The notes below the pieces were generated by a model. That model did not search any database. It was not told the origin of the DNA and was given only the letters and a program-made list of their open reading frames with translations. Below, piece after piece: positions 30,001 to 39,620 of a stretch of DNA of 64,000 bases. The DNA is taken from positions 32,001 through 96,000 of the IMG/VR virus record IMGVR_UViG_3300031993_000004; one strand, given 5' to 3'. The stretch is from a virus. Taxonomy: Duplodnaviria > Caudoviricetes. How positions within the stretch are numbered: the first letter of the stretch is position 1; the number at the start of each line of letters is the position of its first letter. The translations under genes were made by a program, and so were the position numbers.

Positions 30001-32904
30001 CTTCTCATGCGACACATGAAATACCATCTTATCAGAGAATGGATTCACACCGTTCTTGATATCCTGGATAGCTCCCTCTTGAACCGGTTTTGATTTATCA
30101 AATCGCATGACCAATCCACCATGATCATTTTCCATGTCAACAATGAAACCGAGAGACTTATACAGTTTCTGTGCACGTTTGTTAGACTTCATTACCTGGA
30201 GCAGGATTTTGTCATGAGTCTTGATGTCCTTCTTGATGATATCCGAACCAATTCCAAGATTCCGATATTCCGGTTTGATGTAAATATGTGCGAGATACCA
30301 CCAATCACGTTTTCCTTCACGAAGTCCATAGTAGTTGGTTTCATATGCCTGATAAACACCGACGTCTTTCCCATCAACTACAATGATTTTGGTGTGACCG
30401 ATACTATCCTTAACATCCTGCTTAATATACCGCTGAACTTTTGGATCGTCTTTGTTTTCACCGACAGTCTCCAATTCAGACTGATATACCAAATCCAAAT
30501 CGGATTCTTTTGCTTTTCTCATCACATATTTTGAGGGTGTGGCATATTCATCCATGAAGGATTCTTTCACAACTTTCGGCATGGGGTTTGCATTGATTGT
30601 AACAATATCGGATTTAAGATAAGTTTTTGAAAAGTTCTTTTCGTAGAATATTCGTTCCATTGTTTCGAGATACATATCCCACAACATCTGATATGATATA
30701 GCTGGTATACCATTGGACTTTATCTCGTCCTCAGGTATGATATAGCCAATATAAACATACAATGGACGTCCGACTTTGTCCTCCATATACTGTTTGGCAT
30801 TGGGATGTCTTCCATCCGGATCATATGTCTCAGGTTGATAACCAACCTTATTTGCAAGATCAGCCAGGAATATGTATAACAGCGCTGTATAGAATCCATT
30901 TGCATATGTCACATTAACATGCATTTCTCTATCATAATACTTATCAAAGCATCTGATATTCTTGCCGATCAGTGTCTTATATGCCATTTCGCTATTGATA
31001 ATAGCTGTTGGTATCAATGCACCTCGAGAATGGAAATCGTTATAAAACGTTCGTCCATAGAAATACGGATACACTTGGATAGTATTTGAGCCAGACTGGT
31101 TATTTGCAGTGAGGGCGTTTTCCAAAGCGTGAATAATGTTTTTGTCACCGTTTTGGGAGTCTTCGATATCCTTCATCAAAGACATATATTCCGTGAGTAG
31201 GTTCTTTAGTGCGGTGACCGTCTTTTCTGGCAAATTTTCTCTACCAAGGATTGAATTAATTTCATTCGTTTTTGTTTTGATATCATTCAAAACTTGCTTT
31301 GGATTTTCGATGATCTGTTCATTATTACTTCTGATGTCATCGAGTTCATATTGGAGTTCACGTACATTGATTTCATCCGCATCATCGGAATTAATTTGAT
31401 CAATAACGCGACCAGCAATATTATTCAACCCATCAACATCAGTTTTCGTTTTCGCCGGGGAATCCCAACCGAAGAACGCTTTGATTTTATCAATTAGCCA
31501 TCTGACAGCACCACGGCACCATTCGATTATTCTTGCGATCAAGCTTCTCCGTTGAATCACTTCGGCTTCAAAAACCAACATTGATGACAACGCTTGACCA
31601 TAGTCGATGTAGGATTCACACCATTCTTTTACAGCCGTTGGATTATACTTGTCAACAAGTTCGTTTGCGAAGTCAGCAACGACATGAGACGCTTGCATCA
31701 GTGCAATACCTTTGCGTTTGTGTAGTATATCCGGGATTCCCTTGTAAACCGGAGTAACTTCGACGTTGGGTCCGACGATGTTTACTTCAATCGCAACGTC
31801 CGGCTTCATCCGAGATTTAATAGTAAACTTCGGAATCAGCGAACCGCCAATGAATTCAAAGTCATTCCCCAACAGATTCATCAGTTGGTTTTTGACATTT
31901 AACAGTGACGCCGTACATGCCGCTTCTTGAACAGGAAGATCTCCCATATTCATCGCCAATTGATAATCTTCATCACTCAGCAGGCCGTGCTCTTTCATAT
32001 ATGGGATATCCAGTTTCGGATCCCATGGGAGTACTTTTGACATATCATTGACATCAGCCAACAGTGTTGAATTGAATGTCCGATTGTCCAGCCGTACCAT
32101 ATATGAATTCATCATATTTGCATTGCGGAAATATGAATGAGAAGAATCAAGTGTTCCGAGCTCTTGGAAGATTCCAGCTTGTGGATCCATCAGGTACGCA
32201 TAATCCTGGATATTCACAACCAGAAATTCATGACCACCTTCAGAATCCTTCCAATTCACATGAACATACCATCTGGAATCAACCGCACCACGTACAGTAT
32301 CAATCAGATTTCTCTGTGATGTAAACTTTTGCCGAACCGGATTCTTGACGACTGTTTCACCTATGATCTCCAAAGCGGGATCGCGCGGTGAATAGATTGG
32401 ACGCGGAAGTACATGCATTCCGCGGCATTGTGCTTCAGCGCACCATACACAAAGTTGGCAGTTCTGATTGCCTGTTGGTGGTTTGGAATCTGCCTCCACC
32501 TTTGTTTTGATTTGGTTGACAATGGTTCTGGCGCGATCAATCGTCAATGCCTCGACTTCTTTCATACCATGCAGACGCGCGAACAGCTCGTCTTTTCCTT
32601 CGAGATACGGCGCCATCAGATGTGGCGCAACATTACCTCGACTGGTTCCGTCTGACATTGGTGGTACCTGTTCAGCAATCTTCTTGACTGCATCCATACC
32701 AGATGTATCAACACCTTCTTCGTTCGCACGTCGAAGGATCTTGTTTGCAAGTGTTTTCTTTTCAGATGTTGTGATATCACCATGGTTGATCAGTCGTGCT
32801 GCAGATTCGATATGCTCTGGATTATCCAACGGATATTTACGTTTTCCGGGAACACCAAACTCATTTTTTGGAATATTTTGGCGTTCTTTTGATGAGATTG
32901 ACAT
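27073..32904 (-). CDS. giant polyvalent multi-enzyme protein, probably virion-associated: DUF6582-like, papain-like (Tox-PL) peptidase, GNAT, ART-like, transglutaminase-like, ferritin-like and head-protein domains
   Basis: RBS before ATG 32904; FGVPGKRKYPL; NQNCQLC..GGHEF..MDPQ; HIYIKPEYRNLGIGS..SNKRAQKLYKSLGF; FHVS..PRVCFSTSI..REVW; GNCWD..THT..YLE; EADAMNEY..EERFH. Confidence 0.8.
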   Translation of the reverse strand: MSISSKERQNIPKNEFGVPGKRKYPLDNPEHIESAARLINHGDITTSEKKTLANKILRRANEEGVDTSGMDAVKKIAEQVPPMSDGTSRGNVAPHLMAPYLEGKDELFARLHGMKEVEALTIDRARTIVNQIKTKVEADSKPPTGNQNCQLCVWCAEAQCRGMHVLPRPIYSPRDPALEIIGETVVKNPVRQKFTSQRNLIDTVRGAVDSRWYVHVNWKDSEGGHEFLVVNIQDYAYLMDPQAGIFQELGTLDSSHSYFRNANMMNSYMVRLDNRTFNSTLLADVNDMSKVLPWDPKLDIPYMKEHGLLSDEDYQLAMNMGDLPVQEAACTASLLNVKNQLMNLLGNDFEFIGGSLIPKFTIKSRMKPDVAIEVNIVGPNVEVTPVYKGIPDILHKRKGIALMQASHVVADFANELVDKYNPTAVKEWCESYIDYGQALSSMLVFEAEVIQRRSLIARIIEWCRGAVRWLIDKIKAFFGWDSPAKTKTDVDGLNNIAGRVIDQINSDDADEINVRELQYELDDIRSNNEQIIENPKQVLNDIKTKTNEINSILGRENLPEKTVTALKNLLTEYMSLMKDIEDSQNGDKNIIHALENALTANNQSGSNTIQVYPYFYGRTFYNDFHSRGALIPTAIINSEMAYKTLIGKNIRCFDKYYDREMHVNVTYANGFYTALLYIFLADLANKVGYQPETYDPDGRHPNAKQYMEDKVGRPLYVYIGYIIPEDEIKSNGIPAISYQMLWDMYLETMERIFYEKNFSKTYLKSDIVTINANPMPKVVKESFMDEYATPSKYVMRKAKESDLDLVYQSELETVGENKDDPKVQRYIKQDVKDSIGHTKIIVVDGKDVGVYQAYETNYYGLREGKRDWWYLAHIYIKPEYRNLGIGSDIIKKDIKTHDKILLQVMKSNKRAQKLYKSLGFIVDMENDHGGLVMRFDKSKPVQEGAIQDIKNGVNPFSDKMVFHVSHEKHNDGQVWKPRVPDYLDPYNPEETGFEDNTTPRVCFSTSIEGALNGITVNLPRQNPDQFDKMYVYIPEKPWKEYKHKTTKELVNEKLVYDANVTREVWIMEPVRLKLYGVIKVDQVSNVKRKAVVPTAKGQKDDRNYFTYKWHWVVKPKVLEKGTKFDYSPERVISDLCIDMKKFKYGLIKDGRLQTGNVSEADYQKHWVFHSSQEVDEAGGGNCWDMVEYEAGYLEAFGVPYKKYFMNFTKTDGKTIINTHTICVVPLNGKFIYLEQAFKRVVDEWGYERQKTFDSLEEIFKYVAEVSAEYDNQDLNYGVWDYTDAKIDYGTPADDFCKWIMTKCKMVYDGEAKKTMLTKEGYRMDQTEDLMITESKKAENLSETEDMEDITIGDLDLDDEENGDETEESISVEETPLDDVEWDDESEDNEPKDDDAGDDNETPSTSMPSRWDTEKTPPELEEIPGYLKDRMSAADKAAVEQPDENLDADNVDLGQFGKDTSDMQNDYDQKEVTILMKLMASEADAMNEYMDGAKETNVDVLRRLYADIANEERFHMEQLLYAKCELTGEKYEPKDPDVKSEYQELLEMGMDEETAMQTAIDKCHIRGSISISDDGEEIASLKEDVQTLESALMMFDAMYQSTEIILESGNSSPEDVDKAVDVFVESCLMQEAVYDSTAAKSEKHPLSKANRRGPIQLLRSAIGFVIKTLMTLIRKFVEFCNRIRNHSRSIKRFIQQYGMQGIFEQKYFFYFINLNFPESSYVDEHLDTLLALAYDTVEACAQYLHIKLNNDNIPADVTSLPRDPKLDIRGNMERGAELLAGAHLVKSAFVVPQDSDTEQRVSQALFGYSDTTNQAGKSNNTLNEIRIRCDRWSRFMQYVNSVLIGMDAMTQQSDSIYYTDQKRYDKGVKILTTVVKTCKAWISAMQYDINQIMGMNQELLKKTEESDAARIENDQTAKTKNETYNKFYSTPESTPQQRPSRFSV

Positions 32905-32917
32905 GATAACACTCCTT

Positions 32918-34108
32918 TCATCTTTTTGTTGTAGCCAATATTTGTTCATTGAATCGTATCAATCCTTCTGCCAAAGCATTTGCTTCGGTTTTCAGAATCA
33001 TGTATCCATCAACAAGAGCTGACATTGAATATGCAAATTGCGCCGATAATGATCTAAGATTTTCAACAATGTTTGTTTCTTCATCTGTCAATTGTCTTTT
33101 CTTAACCGTCTGAATTCGATCATGTACATCGTAATTGATCAAACCTTTATATGCATAATCCCCGCCGCCGACTCCAGTATTATAGTCGGCATCATCTTTT
33201 GCAGGAGATAGTTGAATAAGGGCTTCGAGTTTGTCACAAAATGAATCTGCACGCTTTACAACATCATCATATTCTTTTGATATCTCATTATAACGCTCAG
33301 AAAACTCCTCAATATCAATGGGATTTCTGATTGACATTCGATTTGAAGAACCTTTACGGAGAGCATCTGCTCGTTCACCATGATGCCAATATCCATAATA
33401 TCCGTTTGTAAAATGATATCCCTCCATGTCGGGTGGACGTTTGCCATTCCATATCCCAGATTTATCAGGAATTCCTGGAATTGGTGCACCATCATTGACA
33501 CCGGATTCAATCGATCTGTCAAAATGCTTTGCAATTTTATCGAATGCTGTAGATTCATCATCGACCATCCACAACCATCGATCCAGTAAACGATTCATGA
33601 CATCAATGTAGTTTTCGATAGAATAAACAGCATCATGGCTATTTGTTGGCGTTGCTGTACGTCCTTCTTTTAATAAGACTGCCGAGTATATTATACTCTT
33701 CTCGAAGTCAATCTCAATGGCGATTTGCTCTCCATGGAAGGTTCCTGTCTGCTTCATATGACGTTTACCCGGAGGAATTGCGGGAATATTATTCTTCTTA
33801 CGGCGATACGCTTCGACAGCTTTCTGAAGTTTCCTTGCAACAAAATTATGTCTCAACAACGATCGGACACCTCTTACGAATTTCCTGATCAGGTCTTTTA
33901 TTACACGCAAAATCTTTGTCAGAATGCTTTCTTTGCTTGTTTCAGTTTTGGATTCCATGAATATATCATGTATTTCCGTTGAATCATCACAGAATTCCAG
34001 CATAGTTGCATACTTTGAATAGCTATCTATCAGGGATAACATCACATCGGTAGATGCATACAATGAGTTCACATCTATATTATCAATCTGGTCAAGCAAT
34101 GTGTTCAT
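32918..34108 (-). CDS. probable internal head (virion) protein, paralog family
   Basis: Shared N-terminal propeptide-like region ending IFME-S, followed by KESILTKIL. Confidence 0.65.
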   Translation of the reverse strand: MNTLLDQIDNIDVNSLYASTDVMLSLIDSYSKYATMLEFCDDSTEIHDIFMESKTETSKESILTKILRVIKDLIRKFVRGVRSLLRHNFVARKLQKAVEAYRRKKNNIPAIPPGKRHMKQTGTFHGEQIAIEIDFEKSIIYSAVLLKEGRTATPTNSHDAVYSIENYIDVMNRLLDRWLWMVDDESTAFDKIAKHFDRSIESGVNDGAPIPGIPDKSGIWNGKRPPDMEGYHFTNGYYGYWHHGERADALRKGSSNRMSIRNPIDIEEFSERYNEISKEYDDVVKRADSFCDKLEALIQLSPAKDDADYNTGVGGGDYAYKGLINYDVHDRIQTVKKRQLTDEETNIVENLRSLSAQFAYSMSALVDGYMILKTEANALAEGLIRFNEQILATTKR

Positions 34109-34175
34109 TGTGACAGCTCCTTTCAGATTTAAGGTTACAGAAACGTTTTAACGATGTGCTACTAATCTCATGCTC

Positions 34176-34192
34176 TATATATATATTATTAT
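34176..34192 (+). promoter_or_regulatory. putative early promoter motif
   Basis: TATATATATATTATTAT. Confidence 0.55.
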
Positions 34193-34304
34193 GCTGAATA
34201 ACGAGGAAACTGTTCAATTGTATACTCGATTATTCGAAAAAACAATATTGAGTTTGCGCCACAAAGATCTGGTGCTGCTACGTAAGAAAGTGAGGATATC
34301 TATC

Positions 34305-34634
34305 ATGAGGAGAACATTCAAAGTTTGCGGTCATACCACCGCACCGGTGACGATCGAAATACCTGGATCGACAGTCCAATGCAAGCTCTCGAAAGAGCTT
34401 ACAAAGTTAGAAGTCAAGGACGTTCTGTGCGGAGCATTCATCGGCAATTTCTGCGGGAAAAACAGAGCACTTCAGAAATCAATTGTTTCCAGAACATCGT
34501 TCGGGACTCTGTCTATTAAGAACGGCAAATTCTCAATTGTTATCAGTTCCGATAATGTATCAACATCGTTCTGGGAGGAAATCCTGGACGATGTCGCTGA
34601 CGGTAAATTCACGTTTACCGTCAGCGCTGCGTAA
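34305..34634 (+). CDS. hypothetical protein
   Basis: GAGG RBS before ATG 34305. Confidence 0.6.
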   Translation: MRRTFKVCGHTTAPVTIEIPGSTVQCKLSKELTKLEVKDVLCGAFIGNFCGKNRALQKSIVSRTSFGTLSIKNGKFSIVISSDNVSTSFWEEILDDVADGKFTFTVSAA

Positions 34635-34642
34635 GGAAGGGG

Positions 34643-35044
34643 GTGTTGAAAATGGGATCCGGCGGGATTCGTGGGACATTCGTCCCAACTAGCGAATATG
34701 AAAATGCGGCGTACACGATCTCTTTATTGTTCTTCGGAACAGATTCGATCGTAATTGAAACCGCTAAAAAGGTCTTCCATGCGACCGATCTTCATATGTA
34801 TGTGACCGGAGGTGACTGGCGAAAAGCTAGTCGCAAATTGCTCGCAAGTTATTGTGAGCTGTTAGATCCGGGCGTGTTTATAAGATCATTGTGTATCGCA
34901 GATCTACCGATGTACAGTGATCTTGTTTCGCCATGTGTTATGGATGAAATCTGTGGTGCATTGGCGAGGAATCGCCCACACCGTGCACTGGGATACGCAT
35001 TCGCCGAAATCGGTGAACCGTATCCGTATGAGGATATTGAATGA
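34643..35044 (+). CDS. hypothetical protein
   Basis: ORF ending at a terminator. Confidence 0.6.
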   Translation: MLKMGSGGIRGTFVPTSEYENAAYTISLLFFGTDSIVIETAKKVFHATDLHMYVTGGDWRKASRKLLASYCELLDPGVFIRSLCIADLPMYSDLVSPCVMDEICGALARNRPHRALGYAFAEIGEPYPYEDIE

Positions 35045-35047
35045 GAT

Positions 35048-35082
35048 TATGGGGGCGCATTGCGCCCCCATATCTTTTTTTC
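35048..35082. terminator. terminator between convergent genes
   Basis: TATGGGGGCGCA-T-TGCGCCCCCATA followed by a T tract. Confidence 0.8.
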
Positions 35083-35095
35083 TTATGATTCGAAA

Positions 35096-36127
35096 TCAGA
35101 CATTGTTATTCCATTTAGCTTGGGAATAATCAGGTTCATCATACATGCCATCCCAGAAAACATCGTCGTCATCCTCAGGATCAACGTTGCGTTTTGTTGG
35201 GGCCTTCTTGGCATCTTTTGAAAGTGACTTCAACCGTCTGACAAGCTCACTGCCCTTTGTTGACCATTGACCCATGATTCTGTAGAACTCGGTTACACGT
35301 TGAGTATCATACTTGTCAAGAGTCGCATCGGCATCAGGGTCTGCATCATATTTCTGAATTGCTTTCATTCCAGTCTGAATTGTCTTCTGACACTTCTTGA
35401 TCATGGTGATAAGCAGTTTTGCTTCCGCCCTGTTAACATCATTACTTGTGTACGCGTTGGTATCCCAATCGTTGATAGAAGTCTTAATCTCGGATACAAG
35501 TGCAGTTTGCTCTTTCATACACCATGCGACAGAGGATGCAACACTATGCTTCTGATCTTCTGGAGTTCTGTCAGTAAACATGAATCTCGATTGTGTCATA
35601 CCACAGATATCTTCGATCAAATCTGCGATATTAGCGACGGTATCGAAAACAAAATCGGCATTGAATGGAAGTTCAATGATTTCATTACGATCTTTCTCGC
35701 GCTGTTTTTCATCAATATTGTTTTGCAGATTCCGAAATGCCATGACAATGTAATCGCCAATCAATTTGACAACTCGCAAGGCAATCCGCAGGCCTGTGGC
35801 AATCAAACGCGGAATGAACAGAAGAATCTTCTTGACCAGACTTTCTCTGTTGAGGTCTGCATTTCCCAGTGGAGACTGGTTGACGGCATTAAAGGCTTTG
35901 TCAAACTTAGTATCCGGTCCTTTGATCTTGATAGAACCATCGGGCCGTTTTACACCTTCCTGGAAAATCGAAAACTCGGAGAGGTCTGCATTCGAATCGC
36001 AGTTCTCAAGAACTGCATACATCTTGGCATAGGATTCTGTCAGAGCCATGACAGTGTCAAGTTCGGCGTCTTCCACAGACCGGTTGATATTCTCAACCGA
36101 TTCGAGGATCACATTTGTAGATTCCAT
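35096..36127 (-). CDS. probable internal head protein, paralog family
   Basis: NVILESVENINRS..YAKMYAVLENCD..FSIFQE-G; closely similar to 36143-37144. Confidence 0.7.
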   Translation of the reverse strand: MESTNVILESVENINRSVEDAELDTVMALTESYAKMYAVLENCDSNADLSEFSIFQEGVKRPDGSIKIKGPDTKFDKAFNAVNQSPLGNADLNRESLVKKILLFIPRLIATGLRIALRVVKLIGDYIVMAFRNLQNNIDEKQREKDRNEIIELPFNADFVFDTVANIADLIEDICGMTQSRFMFTDRTPEDQKHSVASSVAWCMKEQTALVSEIKTSINDWDTNAYTSNDVNRAEAKLLITMIKKCQKTIQTGMKAIQKYDADPDADATLDKYDTQRVTEFYRIMGQWSTKGSELVRRLKSLSKDAKKAPTKRNVDPEDDDDVFWDGMYDEPDYSQAKWNNNV

Positions 36128-36142
36128 TTTGCGAACCTCCTC

Positions 36143-37144
36143 TCATGTCTCGAGATCAGATTCATCAGCAGGAGTCAGTTCTTCTGGTTCGATGTCCTTG
36201 ATTTTGGAATTAGCGGTTTTCGCTTCTTGTTCAAGCGCTTTCAAACGCTTAGCAAGTTCAGAACCCTTTTCAGCCCATGTTGTCATGACTTTTCTGAATC
36301 TTTCTGTTTCTCGTTCAAGGTCTTTATCATCTTCACTATCAGTATCCGCCTTATAATTACCAGAAGCAAACTTGTTGATCATTTTGGTATATTTGTTCAA
36401 CTTCTTCTGTGCGGATTTTATTTCCTTCAGTGTGTTCTTTGCGTCATATCTGGTCATCTCAGTTGGTTCGTACGCCCTATCATCAAAGACTTCCAGATTC
36501 TTTTCAATGTTTGTAATGAGTGCAGGGTCGCGGTAAAATGCATAGTGAATGGCCAGTGCGAGATTATATTCATTATCTTTTTCCCATCCGAAGACCTCTT
36601 TGTCATCATAAGTCATTGCAGTGGCATTATAAACATCACGGTCACATATGTATTTAAGAAGCTCGGTCAGTTCCATAACTGTTGTAAAAACGAACTCCAA
36701 ATTGAAATTGAGTTCGATCATGTCTTCCTTGTCACGCGCATCACGTTTTGCATTGATCGCATGAATTGCAAGAGCTCCTCCCACAGCAATGAGGCTTCCG
36801 ACAAATGACAAGAGAAGTGTTATAATCCCTAACGCAAGCTTGATAACAAATGTGATCAGACGCGGCAGGAACATCAGAATTCTCTTTGCAAGACTTTCTG
36901 ATTTATAACCAATTGGGTCCGAGTTAAGTTCTCGATCGATCTTGCTCCGAGGTTTGTATGTTTTGATAGAAGCTTCCTGGAAAATGTCGAACTCAGAAAT
37001 GTCCGTGTTTGCATCGCAATGTTCGAGAATCGAATACATTTTTGCATATGCATTAGAAAGTGCCAGAATCGTTTCCAGTTCAGCATTCGCGGCAGACTGA
37101 TTCAGATTCTCAACGGATTCAAGAATAACATTCATAGTATCCAT
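36143..37144 (-). CDS. probable internal head protein, paralog family
   Basis: NVILESVENLNQS..YAKMYSILEHCD..FDIFQE-A. Confidence 0.7.
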   Translation of the reverse strand: MDTMNVILESVENLNQSAANAELETILALSNAYAKMYSILEHCDANTDISEFDIFQEASIKTYKPRSKIDRELNSDPIGYKSESLAKRILMFLPRLITFVIKLALGIITLLLSFVGSLIAVGGALAIHAINAKRDARDKEDMIELNFNLEFVFTTVMELTELLKYICDRDVYNATAMTYDDKEVFGWEKDNEYNLALAIHYAFYRDPALITNIEKNLEVFDDRAYEPTEMTRYDAKNTLKEIKSAQKKLNKYTKMINKFASGNYKADTDSEDDKDLERETERFRKVMTTWAEKGSELAKRLKALEQEAKTANSKIKDIEPEELTPADESDLET

Positions 37145-37172
37145 AGAGATATTCTCCTTTCATAAAGAATAA

Positions 37173-37206
37173 ATAAAATATGGGGGCCCATGGGCCCCCA
37201 TATTTC
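37173..37206 (-). terminator. intrinsic terminator
   Basis: AAATATGGGGGCCC-AT-GGGCCCCCATATTT. Confidence 0.75.
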
Positions 37207-37219
37207 ATCGTAGATAGAC

Positions 37220-37483
37220 TCACTGATCGGGGTCCATGAAGCGACCCGGCTTCGGAGAAGTTGCCGGTTCAGGCTGCTTGTAACCGATTGCGAGGTCAGA
37301 CTCCTCGATCTCAGGATCGAACTGACCGCTCTTCAGTCTGTTGTTACCAGTCACGATGTTCGCCGGATCGAAGCCGTTGAACTTCTGCTGGAAGAGATCA
37401 GAATAGCTGGAAGAAGAGGCATTGTAGCTTTCCTGCACCATGCTGCCCTGATCCATCGGATCGAACTCGAAATCATTTCTCAT
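37220..37483 (-). CDS. small probable virion protein
   Basis: GAAAGGAG RBS; MVQE-S motif; biased codon usage. Confidence 0.6.
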   Translation of the reverse strand: MRNDFEFDPMDQGSMVQESYNASSSSYSDLFQQKFNGFDPANIVTGNNRLKSGQFDPEIEESDLAIGYKQPEPATSPKPGRFMDPDQ

Positions 37484-37498
37484 GATAAGGTGCTCCTT

Positions 37499-38869
37499 TC
37501 AGAATTTTTCATTCTCACCATACATCTCAATCAGAAGTTTGTTGATGTACAACTGATTGATGGTGATTAATAATCGGTAGGTGTTCGCATAATTAACATT
37601 CTGAATGATCAGCATACGACGTTCCCAGTCGACGCAATAACCATCCAAGATCAGTGACCGATTTTCCCGGAGATGTACATTGATGAACAATTCCGGGTTC
37701 AAATGATTCTTCAAATGATAGTCGATCAGGTTGTTAATCGTCTTGCCAAGACCATTGCCGATGAATACCTCTTTCTCACCCCAGTCCAATTTCACAATCG
37801 GACGGGAATGGATCTTCCATCCGTATAACAATGGGAAATCTTTCTCATTGAACACATCAGAGAAGATCGGAATAGAGATAGAAGATTGCGGTGGTTCATA
37901 TGCCCGGAATGGACCGGGATTTGGAACAGACAGATCAAACAAACCGATTGTGTTGAATTCGCAACGGATCGTGAATGTGATCGGACAATCACTCTCGGTT
38001 TGTCCTGTCTTGTTGACCTGGTTGTATGACAGATCATGAATGCTGCACAGCAACGAGGTCATATAATATGAATAGAACGCATCCTTGTGGCGTCCAGATG
38101 AGAATCTGTACGAAACGGGATACACGCTATTCATATTGAGATAGTCAACAAATTGCGAAACATTTCCATCTTCATCTTTCACAGGGATTCCCGCATAACG
38201 CGAGGTCTCGTTCAAGAATCCATCTGGTAATGCCAATTCCAATGCGGTGTCAACGTCGAAGAATCCACCATCAGTCGGTATCTTGTTTATCAAATACGAA
38301 GCCCAACGGATTTGTTCCGTTATGCTACGGAATGACAGTACGAAATCAAAATACATGACAACGCGATTGATCTTCCCTCGCCACTCGATTCCCTTCCGTT
38401 TGTCAAAGAATAACTTTTCCATCTCGGAGCGATTCTGAAATCGGTTGGAAGTTGTGGACCAAAGCGTTGTTGCATATGATCCCGCAGCCAACCGATTATC
38501 CAAACCAGACAACGAGATCCGAGGATTGACGATACACATCGGGTATGGCTGTGTTCGAATTTGTTTCGGTGTATGACGAAGTTGACGGTGTGCGATCCGA
38601 GTGGAAGGCAACGCCGTCTCGAAGGTTTTTGATGGAAACATATCCAATACGAACTGCAGCATGATTGCCGTCACGTTTCCAATCGTATGCGCCATGTCCG
38701 TGCCTGATTGACAAGCTAACGAAAGCTCGTAACCGTGTGGCATGTATTCCGGCGACAAACTGTTCAATTGGTACGTACGTCCTGGATTCGATATGTTCCG
38801 ATCGGTGATGCCCTCATTGACTACATTCTGATTATCGCGATTCGGATGCATTTCATCATAATGAATCAT
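37499..38869 (-). CDS. putative virion structural (tail/baseplate-associated) protein
   Basis: 456-aa beta-rich ORF in the late block next to a gp53-like gene; family assignment is inferred. Confidence 0.55.
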   Translation of the reverse strand: MIHYDEMHPNRDNQNVVNEGITDRNISNPGRTYQLNSLSPEYMPHGYELSLACQSGTDMAHTIGNVTAIMLQFVLDMFPSKTFETALPSTRIAHRQLRHTPKQIRTQPYPMCIVNPRISLSGLDNRLAAGSYATTLWSTTSNRFQNRSEMEKLFFDKRKGIEWRGKINRVVMYFDFVLSFRSITEQIRWASYLINKIPTDGGFFDVDTALELALPDGFLNETSRYAGIPVKDEDGNVSQFVDYLNMNSVYPVSYRFSSGRHKDAFYSYYMTSLLCSIHDLSYNQVNKTGQTESDCPITFTIRCEFNTIGLFDLSVPNPGPFRAYEPPQSSISIPIFSDVFNEKDFPLLYGWKIHSRPIVKLDWGEKEVFIGNGLGKTINNLIDYHLKNHLNPELFINVHLRENRSLILDGYCVDWERRMLIIQNVNYANTYRLLITINQLYINKLLIEMYGENEKF

Positions 38870-39294
38870 GTCATATTCCTCGCAATCAGTACTGATAACA
38901 CCTCGGTGAATTTCGCGACGTTATAGTACTTGATGAACTCGAAGTTGAACTTCGTAATGGACGGACAACGATTCAGAATCATCAATGGACGCCACATGTT
39001 TGTGGTGCCATAACGTTCGTATGCGCATAGTTTAGGATTCTGGTTGTACCGTACATCGAACTTCTCCGTCGTGTACATGTTGGGATATGACTCCAACAAA
39101 CGGAAGAAATCCAATGGTAGATATGATACAACAGCATCCCAAATCTTTGCGTCAAGTTCGTCGTCGATCCGAAGATCTTCTTCTTGTATCAACCTCACAG
39201 AGTTGGCGATGTTGTCCAACGTGAATAGATCAGACCTGATGTTTGCAATCAATGAGGGACTGAACGTTTTTTCATCAGAGGTCATCGTATTCAC
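38866..39294 (-). CDS. baseplate wedge protein, T4 gp53/LysM-like
   Basis: NPKLCAYERYGTTNMWRPLMILN matches the gp53-type pattern. Confidence 0.65.
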   Translation of the reverse strand: MNTMTSDEKTFSPSLIANIRSDLFTLDNIANSVRLIQEEDLRIDDELDAKIWDAVVSYLPLDFFRLLESYPNMYTTEKFDVRYNQNPKLCAYERYGTTNMWRPLMILNRCPSITKFNFEFIKYYNVAKFTEVLSVLIARNMT

Positions 39295-39308
39295 ATCCTC
39301 TCATGAAG

Positions 39309-39593
39309 TTATTGCACGCGGACATACATGTTGAAGACATCGTTATCGTCACACACAAGCGTTGCTTGCATATTTGCATCTTGATTCTCAATACATCTAG
39401 ATTCGGTTAGAATCCGGATCGGAGCAGAGAATGACTCTGTCGTGGTAATAGAACCAGTTTGAAAATTAGCGGATGCAAATACAGGTGAAACGATTTCGAC
39501 GATGTCTCCATCCTCAATATGTCCGCGTGACTTGATAATGCAGGTGGAAGTATGAGGAACTTTGAAAGACATTTGCCGGTTTTGCAGCAGCAT
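39309..39593 (-). CDS. hypothetical protein in the late operon
   Basis: ORF between structural genes. Confidence 0.6.
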   Translation of the reverse strand: MLLQNRQMSFKVPHTSTCIIKSRGHIEDGDIVEIVSPVFASANFQTGSITTTESFSAPIRILTESRCIENQDANMQATLVCDDNDVFNMYVRVQ

Positions 39594-39620
39594 AGTAAAT
39601 CAACGTCCCTTCATAGAAGA

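Noticed and set aside
35267-36808. 513-aa + strand ORF
   Set aside because: Antisense shadow of two well-supported paralogous - strand genes
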